From Promethearchaeota archaeon (GTDB lineage: Archaea; Asgardarchaeota; Lokiarchaeia; Sigyniarchaeales; SOKP01), in the NCBI GenBank assembly GCA_019058445.1, contig JAHPZA010000004.1, positions 418,184 to 482,183 on the forward strand: a stretch of DNA of 64,000 bases, read 5' to 3'. The translations under genes were made by a program, and so were the position numbers. The notes under the pieces were generated by a model. That model was not told the origin of the DNA. It was given only the letters and a program-made list of their open reading frames with translations, and did not search any database. Below are positions 10,364-19,599 of this stretch, piece by piece. How positions within the stretch are numbered: position 1 is the first letter of the stretch; every line of letters starts with the position of its first letter.

Positions 10364-10443
10364 TTTTTCGAACGGATGTATGTCACATTTTTGTAATTTC
10401 CAAATCTTAAGAGAACATCCTAAATATCATCTAATATCTCTAA
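10364..10443. repeat. Repeat B, copy 2 (direct repeat of 11381-11460)
   Basis: Ungapped alignment, 64/80 identical by hand count; core atgtatgtcacat. Confidence 0.85.
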
Positions 10444-10476
10444 CTACTTAGAAAATATGAAATCTTAGATTAATCA

Positions 10477-10537
10477 TTAAATATGAAGTAGTTTTTTTAA
10501 AGAGAAATAAAGCGCCAATTTTATCTGAAGGTTCATT
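10477..10537 (-). pseudogene. Degenerate copy of the helicase 3' end (NEPSDKIGALFL / KKLLHI*, one frameshift)
   Basis: Matches the helicase C-terminus NEPLDKQGALFLLRKILDL* at 13070-13129. Confidence 0.75.
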
Positions 10538-10627
10538 GTGGACTTTAACATAGTGATGTAAGATTTTTTACAATTTTGTTAATAAGGCCATATATTTATA
10601 AATTAATATGATTTAATCCATTATACC

Positions 10628-11281
10628 TTGTTGAGTATCGCTATATTACTATTCACTATTTTTGGTATATGGACAATCAAATTTATTCTCCCTCCAATCA
10701 TTAAGCGAATTCGAGGAAATAATTTACCTAAGGGATGCATTATAATAGATAGAGATATTCCAATAAACAAAAAGCAAAGACCGGGAAATAGATTGTCGCA
10801 GATAGCTGTTGGATTCGGGATATTTTATTCATATGTTATTCTATTTGACTATGCAATTCGCTTAACAATATTAGGTTTTGGCGAGCATAATTTATTTTTC
10901 ATAATGGAACTTCCTGTTGCGGTGAATTGGATAGGTATTATTGGAATGTGGCTCCTAGGCGTTTGGGTATCATTAACTTTTACTTATAATGTTAATTATA
11001 CTTCCTGTACAAACAAAATGAAAGTAGAAAAATATGTATTAACTACAGGAGGACCATATAAATATGTCCGACATCCGGCATATATTGCGGGAATATTTGA
11101 GAATTTGTTTATATTTCTGGCAACCGGTATATGGGGAATATTATTTGGCTTAATTGGTTTTTTAGCACTCCCTTACCAAGCAAAAGAGGAGGAAAAGATG
11201 CTGAGCGAAATATATGGTGAGATATATACTAATTACATGTCTAAAACGGGACGATTCTTTCCGATATTTAAAAGAAAATAA
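10628..11281 (+). CDS. Isoprenylcysteine carboxyl methyltransferase / PEMT family membrane protein
   Basis: TM helices, LTTGGPYKYVRHPAY, EEEKML..YG..Y..Y...TGRFFP. Confidence 0.88.
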   Translation: MLSIAILLFTIFGIWTIKFILPPIIKRIRGNNLPKGCIIIDRDIPINKKQRPGNRLSQIAVGFGIFYSYVILFDYAIRLTILGFGEHNLFFIMELPVAVNWIGIIGMWLLGVWVSLTFTYNVNYTSCTNKMKVEKYVLTTGGPYKYVRHPAYIAGIFENLFIFLATGIWGILFGLIGFLALPYQAKEEEKMLSEIYGEIYTNYMSKTGRFFPIFKRK

Positions 11282-11314
11282 TAAAGTTTTATATAATTAA
11301 TTAGAAGAAAAAAT

Positions 11315-11377
11315 TTAATCTTTAATATTAAGAAGCTTCTTTATTAAGAGCAAAGCTCCCTTTTTGTCAAGTGGTTC
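11315..11377 (-). pseudogene. Degenerate copy of the helicase 3' end (EPLDKKGALLLIKKLLNIKD*)
   Basis: In-frame translation matches the helicase C-terminus; many differences are at third codon positions. Confidence 0.82.
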
Positions 11378-11380
11378 ACA

Positions 11381-11460
11381 TTTTTCTAACACATGTATGT
11401 CACATCCTTGAAATTCCCAAATATTAGGAGGATATCCTATATATTATCTAAACCCTCTAA
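11381..11460. repeat. Repeat B, copy 1 (direct repeat of 10364-10443)
   Basis: 64/80 ungapped identity. Confidence 0.85.
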
Positions 11461-11474
11461 ATTCTTTAATGTAA

Positions 11475-12245
11475 TTAAGAGTTATTTGAAGAACAAAACA
11501 AGATATCATGTTTAATTTTCTCAACTTTATTATAATTTTTAAAGACAAAACCTACAAAGATAAAAATAAATATAAAAACTAGAATTAAATCAATTATAAA
11601 TAAAATCGAACAAATATAAACGATTATTATAAACACAGGATAAACCTTAGCCAATAAAATATTGGCTAAACCAACTATTAGAATTAATGGTACTAAAAAA
11701 ACAAGAATTCCCGTTATATTTTCTATTTTTCTAATCTTCGATGAAAATATATTATATGGAGTAAGATCACCAGTAAATTTGCGAGACTTTGTTTCATTTA
11801 GCTTAAGAAATTCATTAGTCCAAACATTATTTTTCACGTAAATAATCGATTCAAACTTAAAAAATTCTAATTTAATATATTTTCTACTAGTTTTGGAGAA
11901 TCTTTCATAAAGACAAAAAATACTAATTAGGGATATAAACAATAAAAAAGAAATCCACCAGATAATTTGGATTATCATTAATAAAATAACAAGAAGAATC
12001 AATAAACCCCATAAATACAGACAAGGACTTATAGATGGTCTCCCTTTCAATTTGGAATGTCTTAAACAAGCCCACGCTTTAAAGTGTCTTTTATGATTTT
12101 TATCATACACATCAATTTTACTCTTAACCTCCTCACTACCACATATAGGACAGACTTTCGGAGGAATCAAATCAATTTCTTTATGCGATTCATCTTTAAA
12201 ATCATTTGTAATGAATAAAACATTAAATCCTGATATATCATCCAT
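11475..12245 (-). CDS. Hypothetical membrane protein with N-terminal Zn-ribbon
   Basis: CPICG...CLRH, about 4 TM helices. Confidence 0.75.
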   Translation of the reverse strand: MDDISGFNVLFITNDFKDESHKEIDLIPPKVCPICGSEEVKSKIDVYDKNHKRHFKAWACLRHSKLKGRPSISPCLYLWGLLILLVILLMIIQIIWWISFLLFISLISIFCLYERFSKTSRKYIKLEFFKFESIIYVKNNVWTNEFLKLNETKSRKFTGDLTPYNIFSSKIRKIENITGILVFLVPLILIVGLANILLAKVYPVFIIIVYICSILFIIDLILVFIFIFIFVGFVFKNYNKVEKIKHDILFCSSNNS

Positions 12246-12294
12246 AAATATTCCTTTATTTATATTTAAAGTTCCGATTTCAGCTGAATTTTAT

Positions 12295-12648
12295 TTAAAA
12301 GTCTAATTTTAATAAAAATTCAATAAAATTTAAATCAGTATTACAATTTGGACATGTTTCAGCTTTTTTCATTTCACTAATATCAGCTCCGCATTTATAA
12401 CAGTAATTTTGATATGCCCTAAGATGGTTTATATTGCTTTTTACATTATTTATTGCTGAATTAAAATATATAAATAAGACATAAGTGGCTCCTACTGGAA
12501 CTATACTAAATCCTAAAATAAGCCATATCCCACCACATTCAAAAAGTTCTGGTGAGGAGATGAATAGTATTACAGATAACCCACTTAAACTAATATAAGC
12601 AGATATAATTTCAATTAAGCCTATGATTTTTATAGTTTTTAATTTCAT
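12295..12648 (-). CDS. Small 2-TM protein with C-terminal zinc ribbon
   Basis: CYKCGA...CPNCNT after two hydrophobic helices. Confidence 0.75.
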   Translation of the reverse strand: MKLKTIKIIGLIEIISAYISLSGLSVILFISSPELFECGGIWLILGFSIVPVGATYVLFIYFNSAINNVKSNINHLRAYQNYCYKCGADISEMKKAETCPNCNTDLNFIEFLLKLDF

Positions 12649-12714
12649 ATTATTTACAACTTTTCTTAGAATTTCATTTTAAATAAAAAATCTTTAAATT
12701 AATTTAAGTATAAA

Positions 12715-13014
12715 ATGAAATTGTTTAATAAAATTCCTATCAATCATTCTTAATTAACAACTCTTCAAGAGGATTTAATTCAACCTTTCCCTTTTTCTGT
12801 TAATATTGAAGGTATAAATTTATCTACTAAGAAAATTGCTTTGATAAATTTCAGTTTTTTATATAAATTGTTAAATTTGGATATTCAAACAAAAAACACA
12901 TTAGCTAAAATAATTTTGTTTAATAGCTTAGAAGATGTTGAAAAATTAAAAAGTCTAATAAATAAATTAGACCGTAATCCTCGACTAAAAATCTATAGTA
13001 TTAATGAATTCTAA
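12715..13014 (+). pseudogene. Possible 100-codon gene remnant with one in-frame TAA at codon 13
   Basis: ATG 12715 MKLFNKIPINHS*LTTLQEDLIQPFP...IYSINEF*; long open stretch in very AT-rich DNA, no recognisable family. Confidence 0.3.
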
Positions 13015-13069
13015 ACCTATCTTCAAAAAACCGTATTAGACAAATAGACGAGAAATTATAAATAATACT

Positions 13070-15391
13070 TTAGAGGTCTAAAATCTTTCTAAGTAAAAAC
13101 AAAGCACCTTGCTTGTCTAAAGGTTCATTATTATTTCCGCATTTGGGGCTCATTATGCAACATGGACAACCGTTTGGCTCATCACAGCTACAAGAATCAA
13201 TTAATATGTGTGTCAGGACCAATAAATCTGTCAGACTATTGTAGAGCGATTCAGCGATCCCTATACCACCTCTGTATGCGTCATAAATATAGATAATTGG
13301 TTGCTGTTTAACTGGATCGAAATCTATGGAAAGCCCGCCAAGGTCCCATCTGGAAATTTGGGCTAACGCCGGCGCCATTGCTATCATGGCATGTTCAATC
13401 GCATGCACCGTCCCGCCAAGATCATGCCCTTCCATTTCTAGTTCTTTTTGAAATTCATAAGGAATTAAAAACCAAAGTGCTTGAGATTCAAATTCGATAA
13501 TAGGAATATCGTCTAAGGGAAATCTTGAACGAATTTCTTGAGTTAAAGTATCAATAACCTTGTAAGAATAATATTCATGTTCGACCTTCACATTTCCAAA
13601 ATGAGCTTTTATTTGATTTTTTGGTCCAGTTTCTTTTTCTAAAAGTATTTCTAAAGGAGTAATATCGGTATGTTTTAATGATTGTGTGTAAAAGTCAATG
13701 TTTGCTCTCGTAATGTATACTTTTCTCGCTTCAAAATCAAGTTCTTCTACAATATATGTCTCAGCCTCATAAAGATACACTGCCCCATGATGTAAGTCTC
13801 TAAAAACATAACTCTCATCTTCCACAGTTAAGTATTCTTCTTTAGTAGGAGTTCTTAAAATAATCTTATAACTTCGATCAGAGAGATTATTCAATCCATA
13901 TTTCTCATTTGGGAAAAAGTCACCTTTCCAATAATACTTATCACCCCGTTTCATAAGTAGTGATTCAGAAACTAATTCTTCAAGAGATTCTATAAAAATG
14001 GCTTTATCAGGCTTGCCGAATTTATAATAATCATTACTTTTTAGAGGAATTTCTTTCGCAGCACAACACAAATGATTTTTTAAAATATATTTATTATTTA
14101 AAGTAATCAAGACCTCTTCCTTGATTGGTCCAAATAAAATCTCTGGATTATGAATATAAAATAAATCTAGGGGATTTGGCATAGGAACTAAAGTAGATAA
14201 TGATAGTTCTTCCCCTCTACCAGAACGACCAATTTGCTGCCGAAAACTTGAAATGGTGCCCGGAAATCCAGAACTAATAGTGGCTTCCAATGAGCCAATA
14301 TCTATTCCTAATTCTAATGCATTTGTAGAACTGATCCCTAATATTTCTTTGCGTTTAAATCGCTGTTCAATTTCTCTTCTTTTATTTTTACTAATGCCTG
14401 CTCTATAACTAAAGATTTTGTCCCTTAGATTGGGTAACGCTTCTCTTGTCCAAATTGCTTGAAGTTCAGCCATTTTTCGTGATAATGTAAAGGTTAAGGT
14501 TTGAATTCCATTGTTGTATTTTAAATGACTTAAAAATAAATTTTTCGTTTCTTGATGAGCAGAACGGTATTTTCCAGTAATTTTATCATAAGGCAAATCC
14601 CACATAATAACTTTTTTTTTTCCCGAAGGTGAGTCATCCTTATCTATAACAACAAACTCTTCTCCCACTAACTTTTCAGCAAAATCTTTGGCATTATTAA
14701 TGGTGGCGCTAGATAAAATCCAAATGGGTTTTACATTATATAATTCAAGGATTCTTTTTAGCCGTCTTATCAATAAAGCGAAATTAGAACCAAAAATTCC
14801 CCGATATATATGAATTTCATCTAATACAACATATTTTAAGTTTTTACATATTCGCTGCCATTTCTGTTTAAACCAGGGCAAATAAAAGTGAAGCCCATAA
14901 GGATTAGTAATTATAATGTTAGCACTTGATAGTACTTGCCTTTTTTCATTAGGTTCAATATCGCCGTCATAAATTCCAAGTCTGGATTTTTTGATATTAG
15001 TATCTTCCATTAATTTTGAAAGCACATTAAATTGATCCCTTGCAAGAGCTTTCGTCGGAAAAATATAAATGGCAGTTGATTCTTCATCTTTAAAAATTGA
15101 CTGTAAAACGGGTAAATTGTAGCAGAGAGATTTTCCTGATGCTGTGGAAGTGACTATTACCGTATTATTCCCATTTAATATGCTATTAATAGCTTCAGTC
15201 TGGTGACCCCATAATTCTATCGAATTGTTATCTAACCAACGCTGTAATCTTTTTCTCAATGATTTCTCTAATTCACCATATTTAGCCTTTTTAGCGGGAA
15301 TATTTTGAATGTAAGAGATTTGTCCAGAATAATAATCTTGAGATTTAATATAGGCTAAAAATTCTTCAAAATCAACCATAGATTGTGTCAT
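13070..15391 (-). CDS. DEAD/DEAH-box helicase with DUF1998 Zn domain (Hrq1/YprA/MrfA type)
   Basis: TASGKS, PTKALARDQ, DEIH, SAT, TNALELGIDIG, QQIGRSGR, HAIEH, YDAYRGGIG, CSC...GCPCC...C. Confidence 0.95.
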   Translation of the reverse strand: MTQSMVDFEEFLAYIKSQDYYSGQISYIQNIPAKKAKYGELEKSLRKRLQRWLDNNSIELWGHQTEAINSILNGNNTVIVTSTASGKSLCYNLPVLQSIFKDEESTAIYIFPTKALARDQFNVLSKLMEDTNIKKSRLGIYDGDIEPNEKRQVLSSANIIITNPYGLHFYLPWFKQKWQRICKNLKYVVLDEIHIYRGIFGSNFALLIRRLKRILELYNVKPIWILSSATINNAKDFAEKLVGEEFVVIDKDDSPSGKKKVIMWDLPYDKITGKYRSAHQETKNLFLSHLKYNNGIQTLTFTLSRKMAELQAIWTREALPNLRDKIFSYRAGISKNKRREIEQRFKRKEILGISSTNALELGIDIGSLEATISSGFPGTISSFRQQIGRSGRGEELSLSTLVPMPNPLDLFYIHNPEILFGPIKEEVLITLNNKYILKNHLCCAAKEIPLKSNDYYKFGKPDKAIFIESLEELVSESLLMKRGDKYYWKGDFFPNEKYGLNNLSDRSYKIILRTPTKEEYLTVEDESYVFRDLHHGAVYLYEAETYIVEELDFEARKVYITRANIDFYTQSLKHTDITPLEILLEKETGPKNQIKAHFGNVKVEHEYYSYKVIDTLTQEIRSRFPLDDIPIIEFESQALWFLIPYEFQKELEMEGHDLGGTVHAIEHAMIAMAPALAQISRWDLGGLSIDFDPVKQQPIIYIYDAYRGGIGIAESLYNSLTDLLVLTHILIDSCSCDEPNGCPCCIMSPKCGNNNEPLDKQGALFLLRKILDL

Positions 15392-15574
15392 TATTTAAAA
15401 TGATTGTGGCTAATTAAAAATTTCAAAAGCTTGTAGATTTAATAATTTTTATTAAGAGTTAAAATTAAATTTCTAAACTCTTTTGTTTTTTAAAAGTATA
15501 AATATATATAGTTCATCTATAATTTATGATATTATAGAAAAGAAATGTATATACACAAATAATAGTGAATTAAA

Positions 15575-15904
15575 ATGGCTGGTGCTGCAAAAACCTGTTT
15601 AATATGTCTAGGGCTGATTCTGATTATAATAGGTCTCATAGCTTTGCGGAATGGAGGCATTATATTACTTATTACTGGCGCAGTATTATTTATCGTGGGG
15701 ATTTGTTCCTCCAGAAAAGCATCAAAAAGTCTTGATAAAACGCCCATTACGAAAACAACTCCTAAATCTGAAACGATCCCGCCTCCACAAGCTAGTCCGC
15801 AAAAAGTTCCAGAACCAAAAGTCGAAACTCCCAGGTATTGTTCGCTTTGTGGTGCTGAAGTTAAAGGAGAGTATTGCCCTGATTGTGGAACAAAGATTGA
15901 ATAA
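15575..15904 (+). CDS. Small 2-TM protein with Pro-rich linker and zinc ribbon
   Basis: CSLCGA...YCPDCG at the C-terminus. Confidence 0.8.
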   Translation: MAGAAKTCLICLGLILIIIGLIALRNGGIILLITGAVLFIVGICSSRKASKSLDKTPITKTTPKSETIPPPQASPQKVPEPKVETPRYCSLCGAEVKGEYCPDCGTKIE

Positions 15905-16055
15905 GACCAATTTGAGTAGTTTGCTCAATATTTTTTCATTAATTTTTTATTATTTTTTTTTAGATAAGAAGTTAAATTCATAAATTTCAAAATTATATGA
16001 TTTTTAATAAGTCTAAATAAATTAATAAAAATATTTAAAATTCTTTTAAAGGAAG

Positions 16056-17048
16056 ATGCTTACTTCCAAATGGGAAAAAGTAGATTTTCAGCAATTTGTA
16101 AATGATTTTGGCACTAAAATTATATTAGAAAATGCTCCAACTTTATTGTATTCCAACAAGGAAAAGGAACATGAAGCTTATAATTCCTTAATCGCGTTTT
16201 TTTTAGTTGGTGCGGGATTGTGTTTGTACGTATCAATTTCATTATTCTTAATGGAAGTTTATTTTAATATCTTCACTTTTATTATCATTACCATTTTATT
16301 AACCACTTTTGATATAGTGTTACTATTCAATTATATTAGATCTAAAGTGCATATTAAGCCTATAGAGTGTTGGATTGAGGTTTACAAATATTTAGATTTT
16401 TATTGCCTTTCTTATTATCCCATCTTTTCGGGGAAAAGTCTTCCCAATAAAGCGAAAGACGTCATTTATAAGCTGTACCAAAACGAAGTCTTACATCATA
16501 AAATTAATATTACTCAGATTGAAGTTTATTTAGAAATTTCTCAAGCTGATGATAGCAATTATAAAAAATTAGGTTTCTTTTTCCAATACGGGAGGGGAAA
16601 AGATTTTAAAGATGATGAGATCGAACGCAATTCTTGGAAATATTTTTCAGCTGATACATCATTGAATGAAAATTACTTAGCTGTTGCAAATTGGGATCAC
16701 CAATATGAGTGGCGTTTAGATCTAGAACAGGATTTTGACAAAATTAATGTGTTTTCCCCGTGGGTAATTAAAAAATGGGATCAAACCAACTTAAAACCTC
16801 TCACAGAAGATTTTAAAAAGAAGATCAAATGGCACCTTCTAAATTTAAAATCTGAACCCAAATTAAAACCTTGGAATGGAAATATTGAGGAACAAACATA
16901 TCAAAACAAGAATGCTTATAAAGATTTAGAAATAATAGATGAAGCGATTGAAAAAATCATCGGACCAAATGTAGAATTAAACAAACTTGGAGACCTTGAA
17001 AAACAGCTTTTAAAGTTTAAAATATATTTTAGAGATTTGAAATTGTAG
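16056..17048 (+). CDS. Hypothetical 2-TM membrane protein
   Basis: 330 aa ORF with two TM helices; no recognised motif. Confidence 0.75.
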   Translation: MLTSKWEKVDFQQFVNDFGTKIILENAPTLLYSNKEKEHEAYNSLIAFFLVGAGLCLYVSISLFLMEVYFNIFTFIIITILLTTFDIVLLFNYIRSKVHIKPIECWIEVYKYLDFYCLSYYPIFSGKSLPNKAKDVIYKLYQNEVLHHKINITQIEVYLEISQADDSNYKKLGFFFQYGRGKDFKDDEIERNSWKYFSADTSLNENYLAVANWDHQYEWRLDLEQDFDKINVFSPWVIKKWDQTNLKPLTEDFKKKIKWHLLNLKSEPKLKPWNGNIEEQTYQNKNAYKDLEIIDEAIEKIIGPNVELNKLGDLEKQLLKFKIYFRDLKL

Positions 17049-17095
17049 CCTTATTTTGGCTAGTTTATATAATATTTTTAAAAAAATTAGAAATA

Positions 17096-18529
17096 TTGAT
17101 AAAAGTAAAAGAACATAATTTGACTAATAATAACTTTTATTTTCCTAAAATACAAATTTTATGGAGTGAATTAATTTTGGAATCATCACAAACAGTATCA
17201 AAAATAGAAATTCCTGTAAATAAAATCTTTTATAGTAAAGATTCAAAGGTACTCTCTGTTGAAGTGCTCGGATTTACGTTTATAGGTCATTATAAAAAAT
17301 CTTCCACAATAGGGGAGATATTGGATGATATTTTTAACTCATTACGCCACATCCAAATAGAAAGGGGTAGTATTTTTATTATCGATGCTGCACATCTACA
17401 TATACCTGAAACAACGAAATTAAAGAATTTAAAAATAAAAGAGAAAATATTTATTGAAGAAAAGGAAAAAAAAGTAGAGGAGAAAGTAGAGAAAAAAAAA
17501 AGTAGGAAAAAAAGGTATACTAGTACTAAAGATATCGGCGAACCCATTGAAGAGGTCGCTGAAGAAGAAGAAATGGAAGAATCTTTTGATGATAGGGAAG
17601 CGAAACCTAAAGCAGATGAACTTGAACTACGAAAATCAATGGAGGAAGAATTATCTGGATTAAAACTAAGCAAACCCCAACCCGCAAAAAAAGAAAAAGA
17701 AGTATCACCCCCTCGAATCCCTAAAGCACCCCCAGCTGCAGGACCAGCTACTGGTGCTGCTCGAGATTCCTTAGTTTCCGACCTAAAGCGATCAGAAGAT
17801 CTTGAAACTGAAGCTGAAGAAGAACCCAAACCAACCAGATACGATATCAATATGGGGTTTCAATACTATTCAGTAATGATGGAAAATCAATCGTACTTCT
17901 TTTATGTTTACTTAAGTTTTAAAGAATTAATAATTCAAGATGAAGAGGGTAAGACAGTTTATAAAACTCGATTTTCTATAACCACGACTAAGGAAGAACC
18001 TCCCATATTAGATTTGAGAATTGAGGGAGAAGGTTTTGAAGTCCATCCTCTAAGCGGTAAAGTTGAAGTCAAAAAAGATTTCGTCAATCCTCCCGTAATG
18101 ATATTTTCAGTTCTTCCGATAAAATCAAAAAAGAAAAAAAAGAAAAAAGAAAGCGAGAAGAGATTCCTTAACGTATATGTTGATTTTGAAGGAAAAACGG
18201 TTAGTCATTCGATTTTATCAATAGTTGTTCAACCTAAACATTTTCATTTAGATGTTGGTCCCTTTCATTTCGACTTGACTAAAACCCAAGCCATGTTAAT
18301 ATCTTTTATCTCAATATTAATAACCATAGGATCGGTTGCGTATTCATTGTTAACCTTAGATATTTCAGGACCTACGACGGATGTAATAACTGGGTTCGTT
18401 CCAGGAATAGGATCTTTGATTTTCTTAGGCACGTTTCTCTATACCCTAATAAAAGAAGGAATATATCCCGTGCAACAACAATTAAATAGTCTCCTTAACT
18501 TCGATAAGGGTATTACTACGCTAAAGTAA
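17096..18529 (+). CDS. Hypothetical protein: N-terminal domain, charged/Pro-rich linker, beta-rich domain, two C-terminal TM helices
   Basis: Long ORF; true start probably downstream (TTG near 17178). Confidence 0.75.
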   Translation: MIKVKEHNLTNNNFYFPKIQILWSELILESSQTVSKIEIPVNKIFYSKDSKVLSVEVLGFTFIGHYKKSSTIGEILDDIFNSLRHIQIERGSIFIIDAAHLHIPETTKLKNLKIKEKIFIEEKEKKVEEKVEKKKSRKKRYTSTKDIGEPIEEVAEEEEMEESFDDREAKPKADELELRKSMEEELSGLKLSKPQPAKKEKEVSPPRIPKAPPAAGPATGAARDSLVSDLKRSEDLETEAEEEPKPTRYDINMGFQYYSVMMENQSYFFYVYLSFKELIIQDEEGKTVYKTRFSITTTKEEPPILDLRIEGEGFEVHPLSGKVEVKKDFVNPPVMIFSVLPIKSKKKKKKKESEKRFLNVYVDFEGKTVSHSILSIVVQPKHFHLDVGPFHFDLTKTQAMLISFISILITIGSVAYSLLTLDISGPTTDVITGFVPGIGSLIFLGTFLYTLIKEGIYPVQQQLNSLLNFDKGITTLK

Positions 18530-18535
18530 GTAAGC

Positions 18536-19447
18536 TCATTTTTTTATTTTTTTTAAATATTCCCAAAATTTTTTTTTTAAACCAGTCAACTCTAATTCTT
18601 TTAATTTGATAAAAAAGATTTCTCTCTTTGCAATAATAGGATATTGTTCAATTTCTAAAATTCTAATAAGACCAGCATCTGCCGCTTTTTTTGCTATGTG
18701 TTCACTTAATATTGAGATATAGTTTGACCCGCTTACCGCTGAAATAATAGAATCATTATCATTTATTTCTAAACCAATATTTAGCTCATGGTATTTATTA
18801 AATTGTTCTTCAAAAATATCTCGAGTCCCTGAACCTTTTTCTCTAGCGATGAAGGGAAATTTCACAAGTTCATTAAAAATAATTTGATCAGTATTACGCT
18901 TTAGTAATGTATGTTGAGTTGAGCATATAAATTTTAATTGATCTTGCCCTATTTGAATCACTTCAAAATCATTTTTATTATAACTCATAAAGCTACCTAT
19001 TCCTGCAAAATCTGCCATTTCCCGTTTTAGTAATTCAATAGATTTATGAGAATTATTAATAGATATTTTAAAATTTACAGAAGAATATTTTTCTCGGAAT
19101 TGGGCTATACTCTTGGGAAGTATATGAGAACCGGGGAGTGTTGAAGCAGTAATAATTATATCTTCAATTTGCTTTTGTGTGAATTGTGAAAGTTCTTGTT
19201 TACATGAATCAAATAAAGCTATAATTTTCTCAGCATAGTTCAGAAAAATTTCACCCTCTGGAGTGAGATTAAATTTTCTGGTTGTTCTATCTATTAACGT
19301 AACTCCCAACTCTTCTTCTAATTGAGATATCTGGTGAGATAACGTACTTTGGGATATGGAAAGATCTTTTGCTAAACCAGAAAAACTCTGATATTTTGTC
19401 AGACTTATAAAATTTCTTAAAAATTCAATATTCAAATTAAAAATCAA
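18536..19447 (-). CDS. LysR-family transcriptional regulator (CysL / selenium metabolism-associated type)
   Basis: SFSGLAKDLSISQSTLSHQISQLEEELGVTLIDRTTR HTH; ASTLPG; REKGSGTR. Confidence 0.93.
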   Translation of the reverse strand: MIFNLNIEFLRNFISLTKYQSFSGLAKDLSISQSTLSHQISQLEEELGVTLIDRTTRKFNLTPEGEIFLNYAEKIIALFDSCKQELSQFTQKQIEDIIITASTLPGSHILPKSIAQFREKYSSVNFKISINNSHKSIELLKREMADFAGIGSFMSYNKNDFEVIQIGQDQLKFICSTQHTLLKRNTDQIIFNELVKFPFIAREKGSGTRDIFEEQFNKYHELNIGLEINDNDSIISAVSGSNYISILSEHIAKKAADAGLIRILEIEQYPIIAKREIFFIKLKELELTGLKKKFWEYLKKIKK

Positions 19448-19599
19448 CTCAAAAATAGTATATGTTTATTAGAAACAACATCTAATATTACTTCAATAGT
19501 TCTTATATGTTTATCAATTCTATAAGCTTTAAAGTTAGAAAGTATTTAAATTTATAATTAAAATATTATCATCTTTTTAGAAATTCAAGGATTAGAATT

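Noticed and set aside
10364-13133. CRISPR array, IS ends or true integron attC sites
   Set aside because: Repeats are few, degenerate, irregularly spaced and partly protein-coding; no cas, transposase or integrase gene in the window.
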